29,332 bases of DNA from Chloroflexota bacterium (GCA_017882025.1 JADGQG010000001.1:1-29332), one strand, 5' to 3'. Shown: positions 1 through 8,363, counted from the first letter of the stretch. Notes: generated by a model from the letters alone, not told the origin. Numbers and translations are program-made.

Positions 1-1263
1 GGCGACTGCCGGCGCATTCTCGTTCGTGACGCGGAAATCGGCGCGGACGGCGAGGGCCCGTGCGACGAAGAGCCGGACCGCTTCGTATTGGTTGAGCGTG
101 GCCGGGTCGGCGGCGCGGATTTCGGCGGGCAGTCGGGCCAGCTCGAAGGTCGAGAGATGTCGCCGATCGGGGGGCGCCGGGAGGCCCGGCACCGCGTATT
201 CCTGTTCCCCGGAGACGTGGAGGGCGCCCCGACTGGTGGTCACGATCGTGAGGTTCGGGCAGGCGCGCAGGAGCTGTGCGGCGAGGGGAGCGGCGGCGAT
301 CACCTGCTCGAAGTTGTCGAGGACCAGCAGGCAGGTCCGGGGCGCGAAGTGCTCTATCAGCAGCTCCAGGGTCGGTCGGACGCCGCTGTCCGCCAGCCCG
401 ACGGCGCGGGCGATCGTGCCCGGCACGAGCTCCGCCTCGCGGAGCGGCTCGAGCGGGACGAACCAGACGCCGTCCGGGTAGCGGTCGGCGGCTGCGGCGG
501 CGAGCTGGAGCGCGAGGCGGGTCTTGCCGATCCCGCCGGGACCGGTGAGGGTGAGGAGGCGCGACGCGTCGAGAAGCAGGAGGGTGGCCGTGAGATCGTG
601 GTCACGGCCCACGAAAGACGTCAGCTGGGTCGGCAGGTTGTTGCGCCGCCGATCCAGCGAGCGGATCGGCGGGAAGTCGGCAGGCAGGCCGGCCGCGATG
701 AGCTGCGAGAGGCGCTCCGGCCGAAGGTCCTTGAGGCGGTGCTCGCCCAGGTCGCGGATCGTCACGTCGGCGGGGAGCACGCCGATGACCAGGGCGCGCG
801 TCGTCTCCGAAACCAGGACCTGGCCGCCGTGGCCGGCTGCGGCGATCCGGGCCGCCCGGTGGACCTCGAGCGATGTGTAGTCGCCGTCCGGGGTTGGGGT
901 CGCCTCTCCCGTGTGGAGCCCCATTCGCACGCGGATCCGCGAGTCGGAGGGCCAGGGGTGCGCGACGAGGGCTCGCTGCGCTGCGACGCACGCGGCCGCG
1001 GCCGCGCTCGCGCTCGCGAAGACGACGAAGAACGCATCGCCCTCCGTCTGGACCTCTACGCCGCCGGCAGCGTCGAAGGCGGCCCGGAGAATCCCGCGAT
1101 GCGCTTCGAGGAGCGGCTCGTAGGCGCTCCCCAGGCGGGTGATGAGGGCGGTCGAGCCCTCGATGTCCGTGAACAGGAACGTCACGGTCCCGGCGGGCAG
1201 CGGCCGCGGCGTGCCGGCAGGAGCGCCGTGACCGGGCGACGAGGGCTGGGCGGGCGGTTCCAC
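1..1263 (-). CDS. Class III adenylate/guanylate cyclase fused to NB-ARC/STAND-type ATPase (3' part outside window)
   Basis: Manual translation of the minus strand from GTG at 1263, open to the window edge: PLPAGTVTFLFTDIEGST, VQTEGDAFF, RMGLHTGE, VHRAARI, NNLPTQLTSFVGR, Walker A LTGPGGIGKTRLA, Walker B LLVLDNFEQV. Not in the ORF track. Confidence 0.92.
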   Translation of the reverse strand, partial: MEPPAQPSSPGHGAPAGTPRPLPAGTVTFLFTDIEGSTALITRLGSAYEPLLEAHRGILRAAFDAAGGVEVQTEGDAFFVVFASASAAAAACVAAQRALVAHPWPSDSRIRVRMGLHTGEATPTPDGDYTSLEVHRAARIAAAGHGGQVLVSETTRALVIGVLPADVTIRDLGEHRLKDLRPERLSQLIAAGLPADFPPIRSLDRRRNNLPTQLTSFVGRDHDLTATLLLLDASRLLTLTGPGGIGKTRLALQLAAAAADRYPDGVWFVPLEPLREAELVPGTIARAVGLADSGVRPTLELLIEHFAPRTCLLVLDNFEQVIAAAPLAAQLLRACPNLTIVTTSRGALHVSGEQEYAVPGLPAPPDRRHLSTFELARLPAEIRAADPATLNQYEAVRLFVARALAVRADFRVTNENAPAVA

Positions 1264-1270
1264 CGGCCCG

Positions 1271-1299
1271 ATGCTGCGTCAGCACGGCGCTGCCGTCAA
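1271..1299 (-). promoter_or_regulatory. Putative sigma70-type promoter of the cyclase gene (leaderless)
   Basis: Minus strand TTGACG-17 nt-CAGCAT, then 7 nt to the GTG start at 1263. Confidence 0.55.
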
Positions 1300-1543
1300 C
1301 GCCGAATCGGGGCGGGTATGCATCCCACCGTCCGTGCCGCCCGCCCGCCTCGCGCCCGGGTCGCCGGGCCACGCGGGTCGCCGGGTAGAGCGGGGTCCCT
1401 GGTCCGGGCCATCTGCATGGGACGTGACCCGAGAGACCTGGCACGGACAAAAGGACGTTCCCCGGGGGCCGGCCCAGGCGCCGGCACCGCGAACCTCCCT
1501 GGCCGCACCGTCCGGCTCGTCCCGACCGGCCGATCGACCGCGT

Positions 1544-1580
1544 GTCAGCCGTTGACGGCTAACCGTCCCTCCCGTAGCCT
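1544..1580 (+). promoter_or_regulatory. Putative sigma70-type promoter with overlapping palindromic operator (satD-lysE)
   Basis: TTGACG (1552-1557)-17 nt-TAGCCT (1575-1580), then 6 nt to GTG 1587. Imperfect palindrome GTCAGCCGTTGACGGCTAAC (1544-1563) covers the -35. Confidence 0.65.
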
Positions 1581-1586
1581 CTACCT

Positions 1587-2219
1587 GTGGACGGCATCCG
1601 GCTCGTGGCCATCGCGGAGCCGGCTGCAGGCGCAGGGTGCGCGGACGACGCAGGGCCCGTGAGCAGTGGGCGGCCCCGGATCGGGACGGGGGAGGGGACC
1701 CGTCTCCGGACCGCGGAAGGCATTTCGCGCGGCCCCGCCGCCTCGTCCCCGGCCGGCGCAGACGTGCTGGATCGCGTCATGACGTCCCGCCTCGATCGGG
1801 CCGGCGCAGCCGTTCGCTGGGGGATCGGTTCCGGCGGCGACGATGCGTCGGCCACCACGCACGCTGCGCTCGCCCTGCGGAGCGCCCGCGACCGCGGCGC
1901 TGAGCTCGGCTTCGCGACGGGCGACCCGTGGCGTGACGCGTTGCTGGTGGACCTCGGCCTGGCGCTGGCCGCGCTCCTCGATGACCTGACGCCGCGCCAG
2001 GCCGAGATCGCCTGCCTGATCCTCGTGGATGGGGCACGCCAGACGGAGGTTGCCGCCGCGCTCGGCGTGAGCCGCGCGACCGTCTCCGTGGCGGTCGCGC
2101 GGGGGCGCCTCCCCGCCATCGCCGGTGCTCGCCGGGCGATCGAGGCGCTCCTGGTGGGGCCCCCGGTGCCGCGGTCCGGACGCGGCCCCGGTGGCGCGTC
2201 CGGATCCGGGGCGCGATGA
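1587..2219 (+). CDS. SatD-family-like protein with C-terminal helix-turn-helix
   Basis: VRWGIGSG...AALALRSAR...FATGDPWRDALL...LTPRQAEIACLILVDGARQTEVAAALGVSRATVS matches the SatD C-terminal half and HTH pattern. N-terminus is divergent. Confidence 0.65.
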   Translation: MDGIRLVAIAEPAAGAGCADDAGPVSSGRPRIGTGEGTRLRTAEGISRGPAASSPAGADVLDRVMTSRLDRAGAAVRWGIGSGGDDASATTHAALALRSARDRGAELGFATGDPWRDALLVDLGLALAALLDDLTPRQAEIACLILVDGARQTEVAAALGVSRATVSVAVARGRLPAIAGARRAIEALLVGPPVPRSGRGPGGASGSGAR

Positions 2220-2875
2220 TCGGCGCGCTCCTCGCCGGGTTCGCCGCGGGCTACGGCATCGCGATCCCGGTCGGTGCGGTCGCCGTGCTCATCGTGGAGA
2301 CCGGGATTCGGTCCGGGTTTCGCGCCGCCGCGGCCGCCGGGGCCGGCGCCGCCTCCGCCGACGGGATCTATGCAGCCATCGCGGCAATCTTCGGCGCCGT
2401 GCTCGCCGGCGTGCTGACACCCTGGCAGGTGCCGCTTCGAGCGGCGGCGGTCCTCGTGCTCGTGGGGCTCGCGCTGCGCGGCTTCCGGTCGGTGGCTCGC
2501 GATGCCGAGCGGGCGCGTGTGCGGGAGCCGGCGGCCCCGGGTCCGCCCGGCCCGGAGCACGCCGGAGGGGCCACGCGATCACCTCGACGGACCTACGCGG
2601 CCTTCCTCGGGCTCACGCTCTTGAACCCGATGACGATCACCTACTTCGCCGCGCTCATCCTTGGTCTCGGGGGAACCGGGACGGAGCCGGCCGAGAAGAT
2701 GGCGTTCGTGGTCGGCGCGTTCATCGCCTCCCTCTCGTGGCAGACGCTGATCGCGGCCGCCGGTGCGGCGCTCCACCGGCGCCTTGGACCACCGATGCGC
2801 CTCGCCGTCGGCGTCACTGGGAACGTCATCGTGCTGGCCTTCGCGGCCGTCATCGCGTCCGGCCGCGCCGGGTAG
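2216..2875 (+). CDS. LysE/RhtB family amino acid exporter
   Basis: GIAIPVGAVAVLIVETGIRSGFRAAAAAGAGAASADGIYA and LTLLNPMTITYF motifs; hydrophobic; ATGA overlap with the upstream gene. Confidence 0.9.
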   Translation: MIGALLAGFAAGYGIAIPVGAVAVLIVETGIRSGFRAAAAAGAGAASADGIYAAIAAIFGAVLAGVLTPWQVPLRAAAVLVLVGLALRGFRSVARDAERARVREPAAPGPPGPEHAGGATRSPRRTYAAFLGLTLLNPMTITYFAALILGLGGTGTEPAEKMAFVVGAFIASLSWQTLIAAAGAALHRRLGPPMRLAVGVTGNVIVLAFAAVIASGRAG

Positions 2876-2910
2876 GCACGCGCCCGGCACGCGCCCGGCG
2901 GGCGACCTCG

Positions 2911-4368
2911 TCAGGGTGCGGGCGGGACCCGGCCCGGAAGCGTCACGCTGAAGCAGGTGCGACCCGGCGCGGACGCCACCTCGATCCGGCCGGCATGCCG
3001 GTCCACGATGGACTGGACGATGTGGAGCCCCAGGCCACTCCCCGCCCCGACGTCCTTGGTCGTGAAGAAGGGCTCGAAGATCCGGGCGCGGACATCCTCT
3101 GGAATCCCGGACCCCGAGTCGCACACCTCGACCCTGACGCCCGGAGCGACGGCCGGCCCGGACCCCGGCAGTCGCTGGGCGTCGGCCTGCGGATCACGCC
3201 GGACGGTGATCTCGAGGATGCCACGTCCGCGCATCGCGTCCGCCGCATTGACGATCAGGTTCGTCCAGACCTGGTTGAGCTCGCTGCCGAAGGCTTCGAT
3301 GCGCGGCCGTCCGGCCGGGTAGGTGCGGCGGACCTCGATCCCCGCCTTCAGGCGTGGGCGCAACATCACGAGCGTGCTCTCGATCCCGGCGATCACGTCC
3401 ACCTCGCCGACCGGCGCCCGATCCAGGTAGCTGTACTCCCGGACGGATGCGACGATCTCCCCGATCCGTTCTCCCGCGGCCCCGATCTCGGCCAGGAGCT
3501 GGCGCCCGAGCGCTCCCGCGGCAAGCCAGGCGAGCACGACGTGCCGGGCTTCGTCGCTCTCGAACGGCGCGAGCAGGTCGTCGAGCTGGTTGCCGTCCCA
3601 GCCGAACGCGACGAGCGTTGCCGCCGGCTCCGCCGGCCTCGCGATGCCAAGCCGGTCGAGCAGCGCGACCATCGCGTCCTCGCGGTCGGCGGCGTCGACC
3701 GGGTCCAGGATCGGGGGCGTCGCGGCCCTGCGGTCCAGCTCGTCGCGCAACGCAGCGGCCACCTCGCGGGCCACGCCGTCCGGGTCCAGGTCGTCGGGTC
3801 CGAGCGCCCCGAGGGCGCCGGCTGCGCGATCCCATTCGCCCGCGAGCGTCGTCAGGCGGCCGACGGTGCTTCGGATTGCGGCCGCCGGGTTGTTCAGCTC
3901 GTGGGCGAGCCCAGCCGCGAGCGTTCCGAGCGCCGCAAGCTTCTCGCGCTCGCGGAGAAGCGACTCCGTGGCCCGGAGGCGGCCCGCGATGGTGCGCAGG
4001 AGCGCCAGCGCGAGCTCGGGCCGTCGACCGAGCACGTCCAGGAGCGCGTCGCGGCGCAGGCGAAGGAGCGTGGCGGGGCCGACGGCGCGGACCGTGGCCG
4101 ATCGGGGCCGGCCTTCCAGGACGGCCAGCTCTCCCTGGACCTCGCCCGGACCAACGACCGCCAGGGGGATGTCCGCGTTGCCGGAGCGCTTCGAGACCGC
4201 GAGCTCGCCGGTGAGCACGACAAAGAGCGCATCCCCAGCCTCACCCTCGCGGAGGAGGATCGTGCCCGGCGCCAGCTCCACGTTCTCGGCGACGGCGGCA
4301 AGCCGCCCGAGCTCGGAGTCGTCGAGCCCCGCAAGGAGCGGGATGCGGCGGAGCGGCGCGAGGTCCAC
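2911..4368 (-). CDS. Cytoplasmic sensor histidine kinase with N-terminal cyclic nucleotide-binding domain
   Basis: cNMP cassette GELAVLEGRPRSATVRA; H-box LAHELNNPAAAI; N-box ELNQVWTNLIVNAADAM; DSGSGIP; IFEPFFTTK; GSGLGL. GTG start at 4368, 8 nt past the upstream stop, with GAGG before it (track start 4791 is over-extended). Confidence 0.93.
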   Translation of the reverse strand: MDLAPLRRIPLLAGLDDSELGRLAAVAENVELAPGTILLREGEAGDALFVVLTGELAVSKRSGNADIPLAVVGPGEVQGELAVLEGRPRSATVRAVGPATLLRLRRDALLDVLGRRPELALALLRTIAGRLRATESLLREREKLAALGTLAAGLAHELNNPAAAIRSTVGRLTTLAGEWDRAAGALGALGPDDLDPDGVAREVAAALRDELDRRAATPPILDPVDAADREDAMVALLDRLGIARPAEPAATLVAFGWDGNQLDDLLAPFESDEARHVVLAWLAAGALGRQLLAEIGAAGERIGEIVASVREYSYLDRAPVGEVDVIAGIESTLVMLRPRLKAGIEVRRTYPAGRPRIEAFGSELNQVWTNLIVNAADAMRGRGILEITVRRDPQADAQRLPGSGPAVAPGVRVEVCDSGSGIPEDVRARIFEPFFTTKDVGAGSGLGLHIVQSIVDRHAGRIEVASAPGRTCFSVTLPGRVPPAP

Positions 4369-4375
4369 CAGCGCC

Positions 4376-6031
4376 TCAGAGGCCGGCGAGGTGCTGATGT
4401 ACGAACTGGACGGCCATCGCGCCTTCGCCGACGCCCGATGCGATCCGCTTGACGGAGCGAGCCCGGACGTCGCCGGCCGCGAAGATCCCGGACACGTTCG
4501 TCTCGAGCAGGAACGGCTCGCGGGCAAGCGGCCAGCCGGGCACGTGGCCGTCGACCCGCGAGAGTGCCGGCCCCGTGACGATGAAGCCGGCGCCGTCCCG
4601 CTCCACCACGCCGTCGAGCCAGTCCGTGCGCGGGAGCGCACCGACAAACAGGAAGAGCGCCTGCATCGGCACGTCGGTCGTCCCAGCCGCGTCGGCGATC
4701 GTGATCGCTTCGAGCTCGTCGGTCCCCCGCACCGCGGCGACGTTCGCGTTGAGCCGCACCTGAATCGTGGGACGTGCCGCGATCTGGTCAACGAGGTACT
4801 GGCTCATGCCAGCCTCCAGGCGCCCTCCGCGGACCACGAGCGTCACCTGGCGGGCGAAGGCGGCCAGGTAGACCGCGGCCTGGCCGGCCGAGTTCCCGCC
4901 ACCGACGACGGCCACGTCGTGGTCGCGGAAGGCAAGCGCCTCGGTGATCGCGGCACCGTAGAAGACGCCGAGGCCGATGAGCGCGTCCACCCCCGGCGCC
5001 TCCAGCCGGCGGTACTGCACGCCCATTGCCAGGATCAGCGCCTGGCAGCTCAGCTCGCTTCCGTCTCCCAGCGTGACGAAGCAGTACGGGTCCTCGCGCC
5101 GGATGCGCTGGACCTCCTGCGGCGTGAGGATCTCCGCCCCGAGACGGGTCGCCTGGGCAACCGCCCGGCGGGCGAGGTCCGCCCCGGTGAGCCCGGCGGG
5201 GAAGCCGAGGTAGTTCTCGATCCGCGAGGTCGTGCCGGCTTGCCCACCCGGCGCCTCGCGTTCCAGGAGCAGGGTCCGGAGCCCCTCGGAGGCACCGTAG
5301 ACCGCCGCCGCGAGACCGGCCGGGCCTCCGCCGATGATGACGAGGTCGTAGAACGGAAGGACTGCGCGGGTCCGCAGACCCACCTTCTCGGCGATCTGCA
5401 CGTTGGTCGGGGCCCGCAGGTGACTCCCGTCCGGGAAGACGAGGAGCGGATCGCGCCCGGGGTCGATGCCCGCGCTCGCAACGAGGCGGGCCGCTTCCGG
5501 GTCCGTTTCGACATCCACCCAGCGATAGGGAACCTGGTTGCGGGCGAGGTAGTCCTTGATCTCGTGGGCCCGCGCGGACCAGCGATGGCCCACCAGCCGG
5601 ATCCCTTCGAACGGCGGAATCCAGCCGGCGCGCCAATCGTCCAGGAGCTCTTCGAGGGCGGGGAAGAGCCGTTCCTCGGGTGGGTCCCATGGCTTGAGGA
5701 GGTACTGGTCCAGCCCGATCTCGTTGATCGCCCGGATCGCGACATCGGTGTCCGCGTAGGCCGTCAGCAGCACCCGCTTCGCCGCCGGCAGCAGGGTCAG
5801 GGTTGCCCCCAGCAGCTCGACGCCGCTCATCCCGGGCATGCGTTGATCAACCACGAGCAGCGCGATCGGCGTGCCGCGCAGGGTCAGTCGCCGGATGGCA
5901 TCCAGGGCGTCTGCGCCGGAGCCGGACGCCACGATCCGGTAGTCGCCGCCGAACCGACCCCGGACCTCGCGCCCCACGGCGCGCAGGACCTGGGGGTCGT
6001 CGTCAACGACCAGGATGACCGGGTTCGCCAT
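4376..6031 (-). CDS. Response regulator receiver + glutaredoxin-like + thioredoxin-reductase-like FAD oxidoreductase fusion
   Basis: REC: VVDDD, VVDQRMPGMSG, LLTAY, LLKPW. FAD: IIGGGPAGL, IFAAGDVR. NAD(P): VVGGGNSAGQAA. GGAGG RBS upstream. Confidence 0.93.
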   Translation of the reverse strand: MANPVILVVDDDPQVLRAVGREVRGRFGGDYRIVASGSGADALDAIRRLTLRGTPIALLVVDQRMPGMSGVELLGATLTLLPAAKRVLLTAYADTDVAIRAINEIGLDQYLLKPWDPPEERLFPALEELLDDWRAGWIPPFEGIRLVGHRWSARAHEIKDYLARNQVPYRWVDVETDPEAARLVASAGIDPGRDPLLVFPDGSHLRAPTNVQIAEKVGLRTRAVLPFYDLVIIGGGPAGLAAAVYGASEGLRTLLLEREAPGGQAGTTSRIENYLGFPAGLTGADLARRAVAQATRLGAEILTPQEVQRIRREDPYCFVTLGDGSELSCQALILAMGVQYRRLEAPGVDALIGLGVFYGAAITEALAFRDHDVAVVGGGNSAGQAAVYLAAFARQVTLVVRGGRLEAGMSQYLVDQIAARPTIQVRLNANVAAVRGTDELEAITIADAAGTTDVPMQALFLFVGALPRTDWLDGVVERDGAGFIVTGPALSRVDGHVPGWPLAREPFLLETNVSGIFAAGDVRARSVKRIASGVGEGAMAVQFVHQHLAGL

Positions 6032-6212
6032 CGCGGGCGTGCCTCCGTCGCGCCCGCTGAGCGCCGTCCGGCCATGCCGCAGGACGCGCCCTTGTGGGAT
6101 CGCGCCTGCATGCTAGTCGACAACGCCGTTCCCGACGAGAGCGGGGTGCCTGCACCTCAAGGGCGACCGGTCAGGCCGCGAGCCGCGTCGCGAGTGCGCG
6201 GATCGTCCCGGC

Positions 6213-6788
6213 TCAGGACTTTGGGTCCTCGCGGAGCCGGGCGAACATCACGGCGTCCACCAGCTCGCCGCGGAACGGCAGGTAGCCGCGAAGGACGCCC
6301 TCCCGCGCGAATCCCGCCCGAAGCGCGACGCGGCCGGATGCCTCGTTGCCCACCAGGGTCAGGAGCTCCATCCGCACGAGTCTCGGCTCGACCTTGAACG
6401 CCCAGCGGACGACGAGCCGGACGGCGCGGGTCGCCGCGCCGCGCCCGCGCGCCTCCGGGCTCAACCAGTAGCCGACCGCGGCCTTGCCGGGTTCATCCGG
6501 CCGCCGGTGGATGCCGATCGTGCCCACGAGCGTTCGGCTCGCCGCATCAACGATCACGAACGTCGGCTCGCGGCCCGTGGACCATGCCTCGGCGGCGAAG
6601 GCCACGAACGCTCTCGCGTCCTCGAGGCGATAGGGGGTCGGGACGGGTATCCAGCGCGCGATCTCCGGGTCGCGACACGCCGCGGCGATCGCCGGCGCGT
6701 CCGCGTCCCGCGGGAGGCGCAGGACCACCGTCCCGTCGGTGAGTGGCGGATCCGGCGGGGGGAACGGGCGGAACAGCGGGACGGTCAT
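6213..6788 (-). CDS. GNAT N-acetyltransferase, RimJ/RimL family
   Basis: VGYWLSPEARGRGAATRAVRL, NEASGRVALRAGFAREGVLR. Confidence 0.92.
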   Translation of the reverse strand: MTVPLFRPFPPPDPPLTDGTVVLRLPRDADAPAIAAACRDPEIARWIPVPTPYRLEDARAFVAFAAEAWSTGREPTFVIVDAASRTLVGTIGIHRRPDEPGKAAVGYWLSPEARGRGAATRAVRLVVRWAFKVEPRLVRMELLTLVGNEASGRVALRAGFAREGVLRGYLPFRGELVDAVMFARLREDPKS

Positions 6789-6947
6789 GCTCCCCAGACT
6801 CTACGGCGCGAGAGATCGCTCGGTGTGGCCCGGGTGGCGGCGCGCCCGTCGCACCGGGAGGCTCGCCATGCCGGATCGCCTGCATGCCGTGGATTTGATT
6901 CGCCGGTATCGACCTGCAGAAGATGCCGTGGGCACGGGGTCCGGACC

Positions 6948-7245
6948 GAGCACCTGCGAATCCCGGAGGACGACGGCGTCCGCCTGGCGGACCGAGCGCG
7001 ACGGGGTGGTCGGGACGCGCGCTACCGGGTGACGGTGGCGGACGGGTTCTCGGACCGCCGAGCCGTCGGGACGATCCGCCACCGGCTGGCGTACCCGCAC
7101 GGCCCCGAGGTCGTCGCCGATGCCGGCCTGACGCGACTGGGACCGGGACGAGCTCCCGATTCGCGTGACCCTGGCGGTCACCGAGGGTGCCGGGCCGGTC
7201 TTCGATCGGACCTGGGAGCTGCCCGTGCCGCGCGATCTCCTGTGA
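6948..7245 (+). pseudogene. Frameshifted remnant resembling the C-terminus of a CocE/NonD-family hydrolase
   Basis: Joining two frames at about 7134 gives ARYRVTVADGFSDRRAVGTIRHRLAYPHGPEVVADAGLT/DWDRDELPIRVTLAVTEGAGPVFDRTWELPVPRDLL*, similar to the VFxRxWxxxIPRDLL terminus. No catalytic domain upstream. Confidence 0.45.
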
Positions 7246-7303
7246 CCGCGAGCCGGCCCGCGGACGCGTACGATGAGCGCCGACGGATAGAGGAGAACCC
7301 GCC

Positions 7304-7875
7304 ATGGCCCAGCGCTCACCGGACGTGGGCGGCGATGACGACGCGTACGCGGACGAGCCGGCCCCCCTTGCGCCGAAGCAGATCGCGACGCTCCTCGACG
7401 CCTCGCGCCGGGCGATCATCCTGGAGGTCGAGGCGCTGGTCCCGCACGGCGACTTCCAGCCCATGCCGGGGATCTGGAGCCCGAACGAGGTCGTCGGTCA
7501 CCTGATCGAGGCCGACAAGCGTGGCTTCGCGTGGCGGATCCGTTCGATGATTGCCGAGGAGAACCCCGCCCTGCACACGTGGGTGCCGACCGCGATGGAG
7601 GCGGCCGCCACGACGGCGGCCGTGACTCGGCCGAGCTGGCCGCCGAATTCGGGGCCCTTCGCGACGAGTCGCTGGCACTGGTCCGTTCGCTCGGGCCCGC
7701 CGCTCTCGCCCGTCCGGGCCGTCATCCGCAGGTCGGCGACGTGACGATCCGCGACATCCTCCACGAGCGGGTCCACCGCGACCGGGACCACCTGGCGCAG
7801 CTGACGGCGCTGACGCAGCGGCCGGTCTGGCCAGGGATGGGCAACGCCCGCCGCTTCTCGCAGCCGGACGCCTGA
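7304..7875 (+). pseudogene. DinB-family protein, frameshifted
   Basis: AGGAG RBS. N-half WSPNEVVGHLIEADKRGF (frame of 7304) and C-half GRHPQVGDVTIRDILHERVHRDRDHL...VWPGMGNARRFS (frame of 7531) are joined by a 1-nt deletion near 7607. Confidence 0.8.
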
Positions 7876-7880
7876 GCCCC

Positions 7881-8363
7881 GTGGACGGGGCGCGGCTTCC
7901 GTCGCTCGGGCCGCGCGGCGAGGGCTGGGTCGCGCTCCAGGGCATCTTCTTCGTGGGCGTGGGCCTAGCCGGGTTGCTGGGCCCCGCGTGGGGCGGCTCG
8001 TGGCGAACCGCCGGCCTCGTGGCCGGGGTCGGGCTGATCGTCCTTGGGGCAGTTGCCGCCGTGCTCGGTGTCATCGGGCTGCGGGAGAACCTGACCGCGG
8101 TGCCGCGCCCCGTCGACGGCGGCCGGCTGATCGACTCCGGCGTCTACGGCCTGGTCCGCCACCCGATCTACTCGGGGATCATCACCGCCGCGCTGGGCTG
8201 GGGGCTGGCGACCGCGAGCCCACCGGCGCTCCTCGCGGCCGTGCTCCTCGGCTGCTTCTTCGATCTCAAGGCCCGGCGCGAGGAGGTATGGCTGATGGCC
8301 GCCTACCCGGACTACGGAGCGTACCGGGCGCGGGTCCGCAAGCTCGTGCCGTTCATCTATTGA
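7881..8363 (+). CDS. Isoprenylcysteine carboxylmethyltransferase (ICMT/PEMT) family membrane protein
   Basis: GVYGLVRHPIYSG and REEVWL...YPDYGAYRARVRKLVPFIY. Confidence 0.88.
   Translation: MDGARLPSLGPRGEGWVALQGIFFVGVGLAGLLGPAWGGSWRTAGLVAGVGLIVLGAVAAVLGVIGLRENLTAVPRPVDGGRLIDSGVYGLVRHPIYSGIITAALGWGLATASPPALLAAVLLGCFFDLKARREEVWLMAAYPDYGAYRARVRKLVPFIY

Noticed and set aside
2874-2898. Short direct repeat (ggcacgcgccc x2) between convergent genes as CRISPR or att site
   Set aside because: Only two adjacent 11-nt GC-rich copies, no spacers, and no cas or integrase genes.
4376-6031. Annotation as a true thioredoxin reductase (trxB)
   Set aside because: No CxxC active site, and extra REC and Grx-like domains.
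3590-6397. 935-aa plus-strand ORF (also 88..1662, 2125..4452, 12791..14500, 19897..21291, 26612..28261 and many others)
   Set aside because: Antisense or off-frame shadows of real genes. Stop codons are scarce at this GC content, and the translations are Arg/Pro/Ala-rich with no family motifs.
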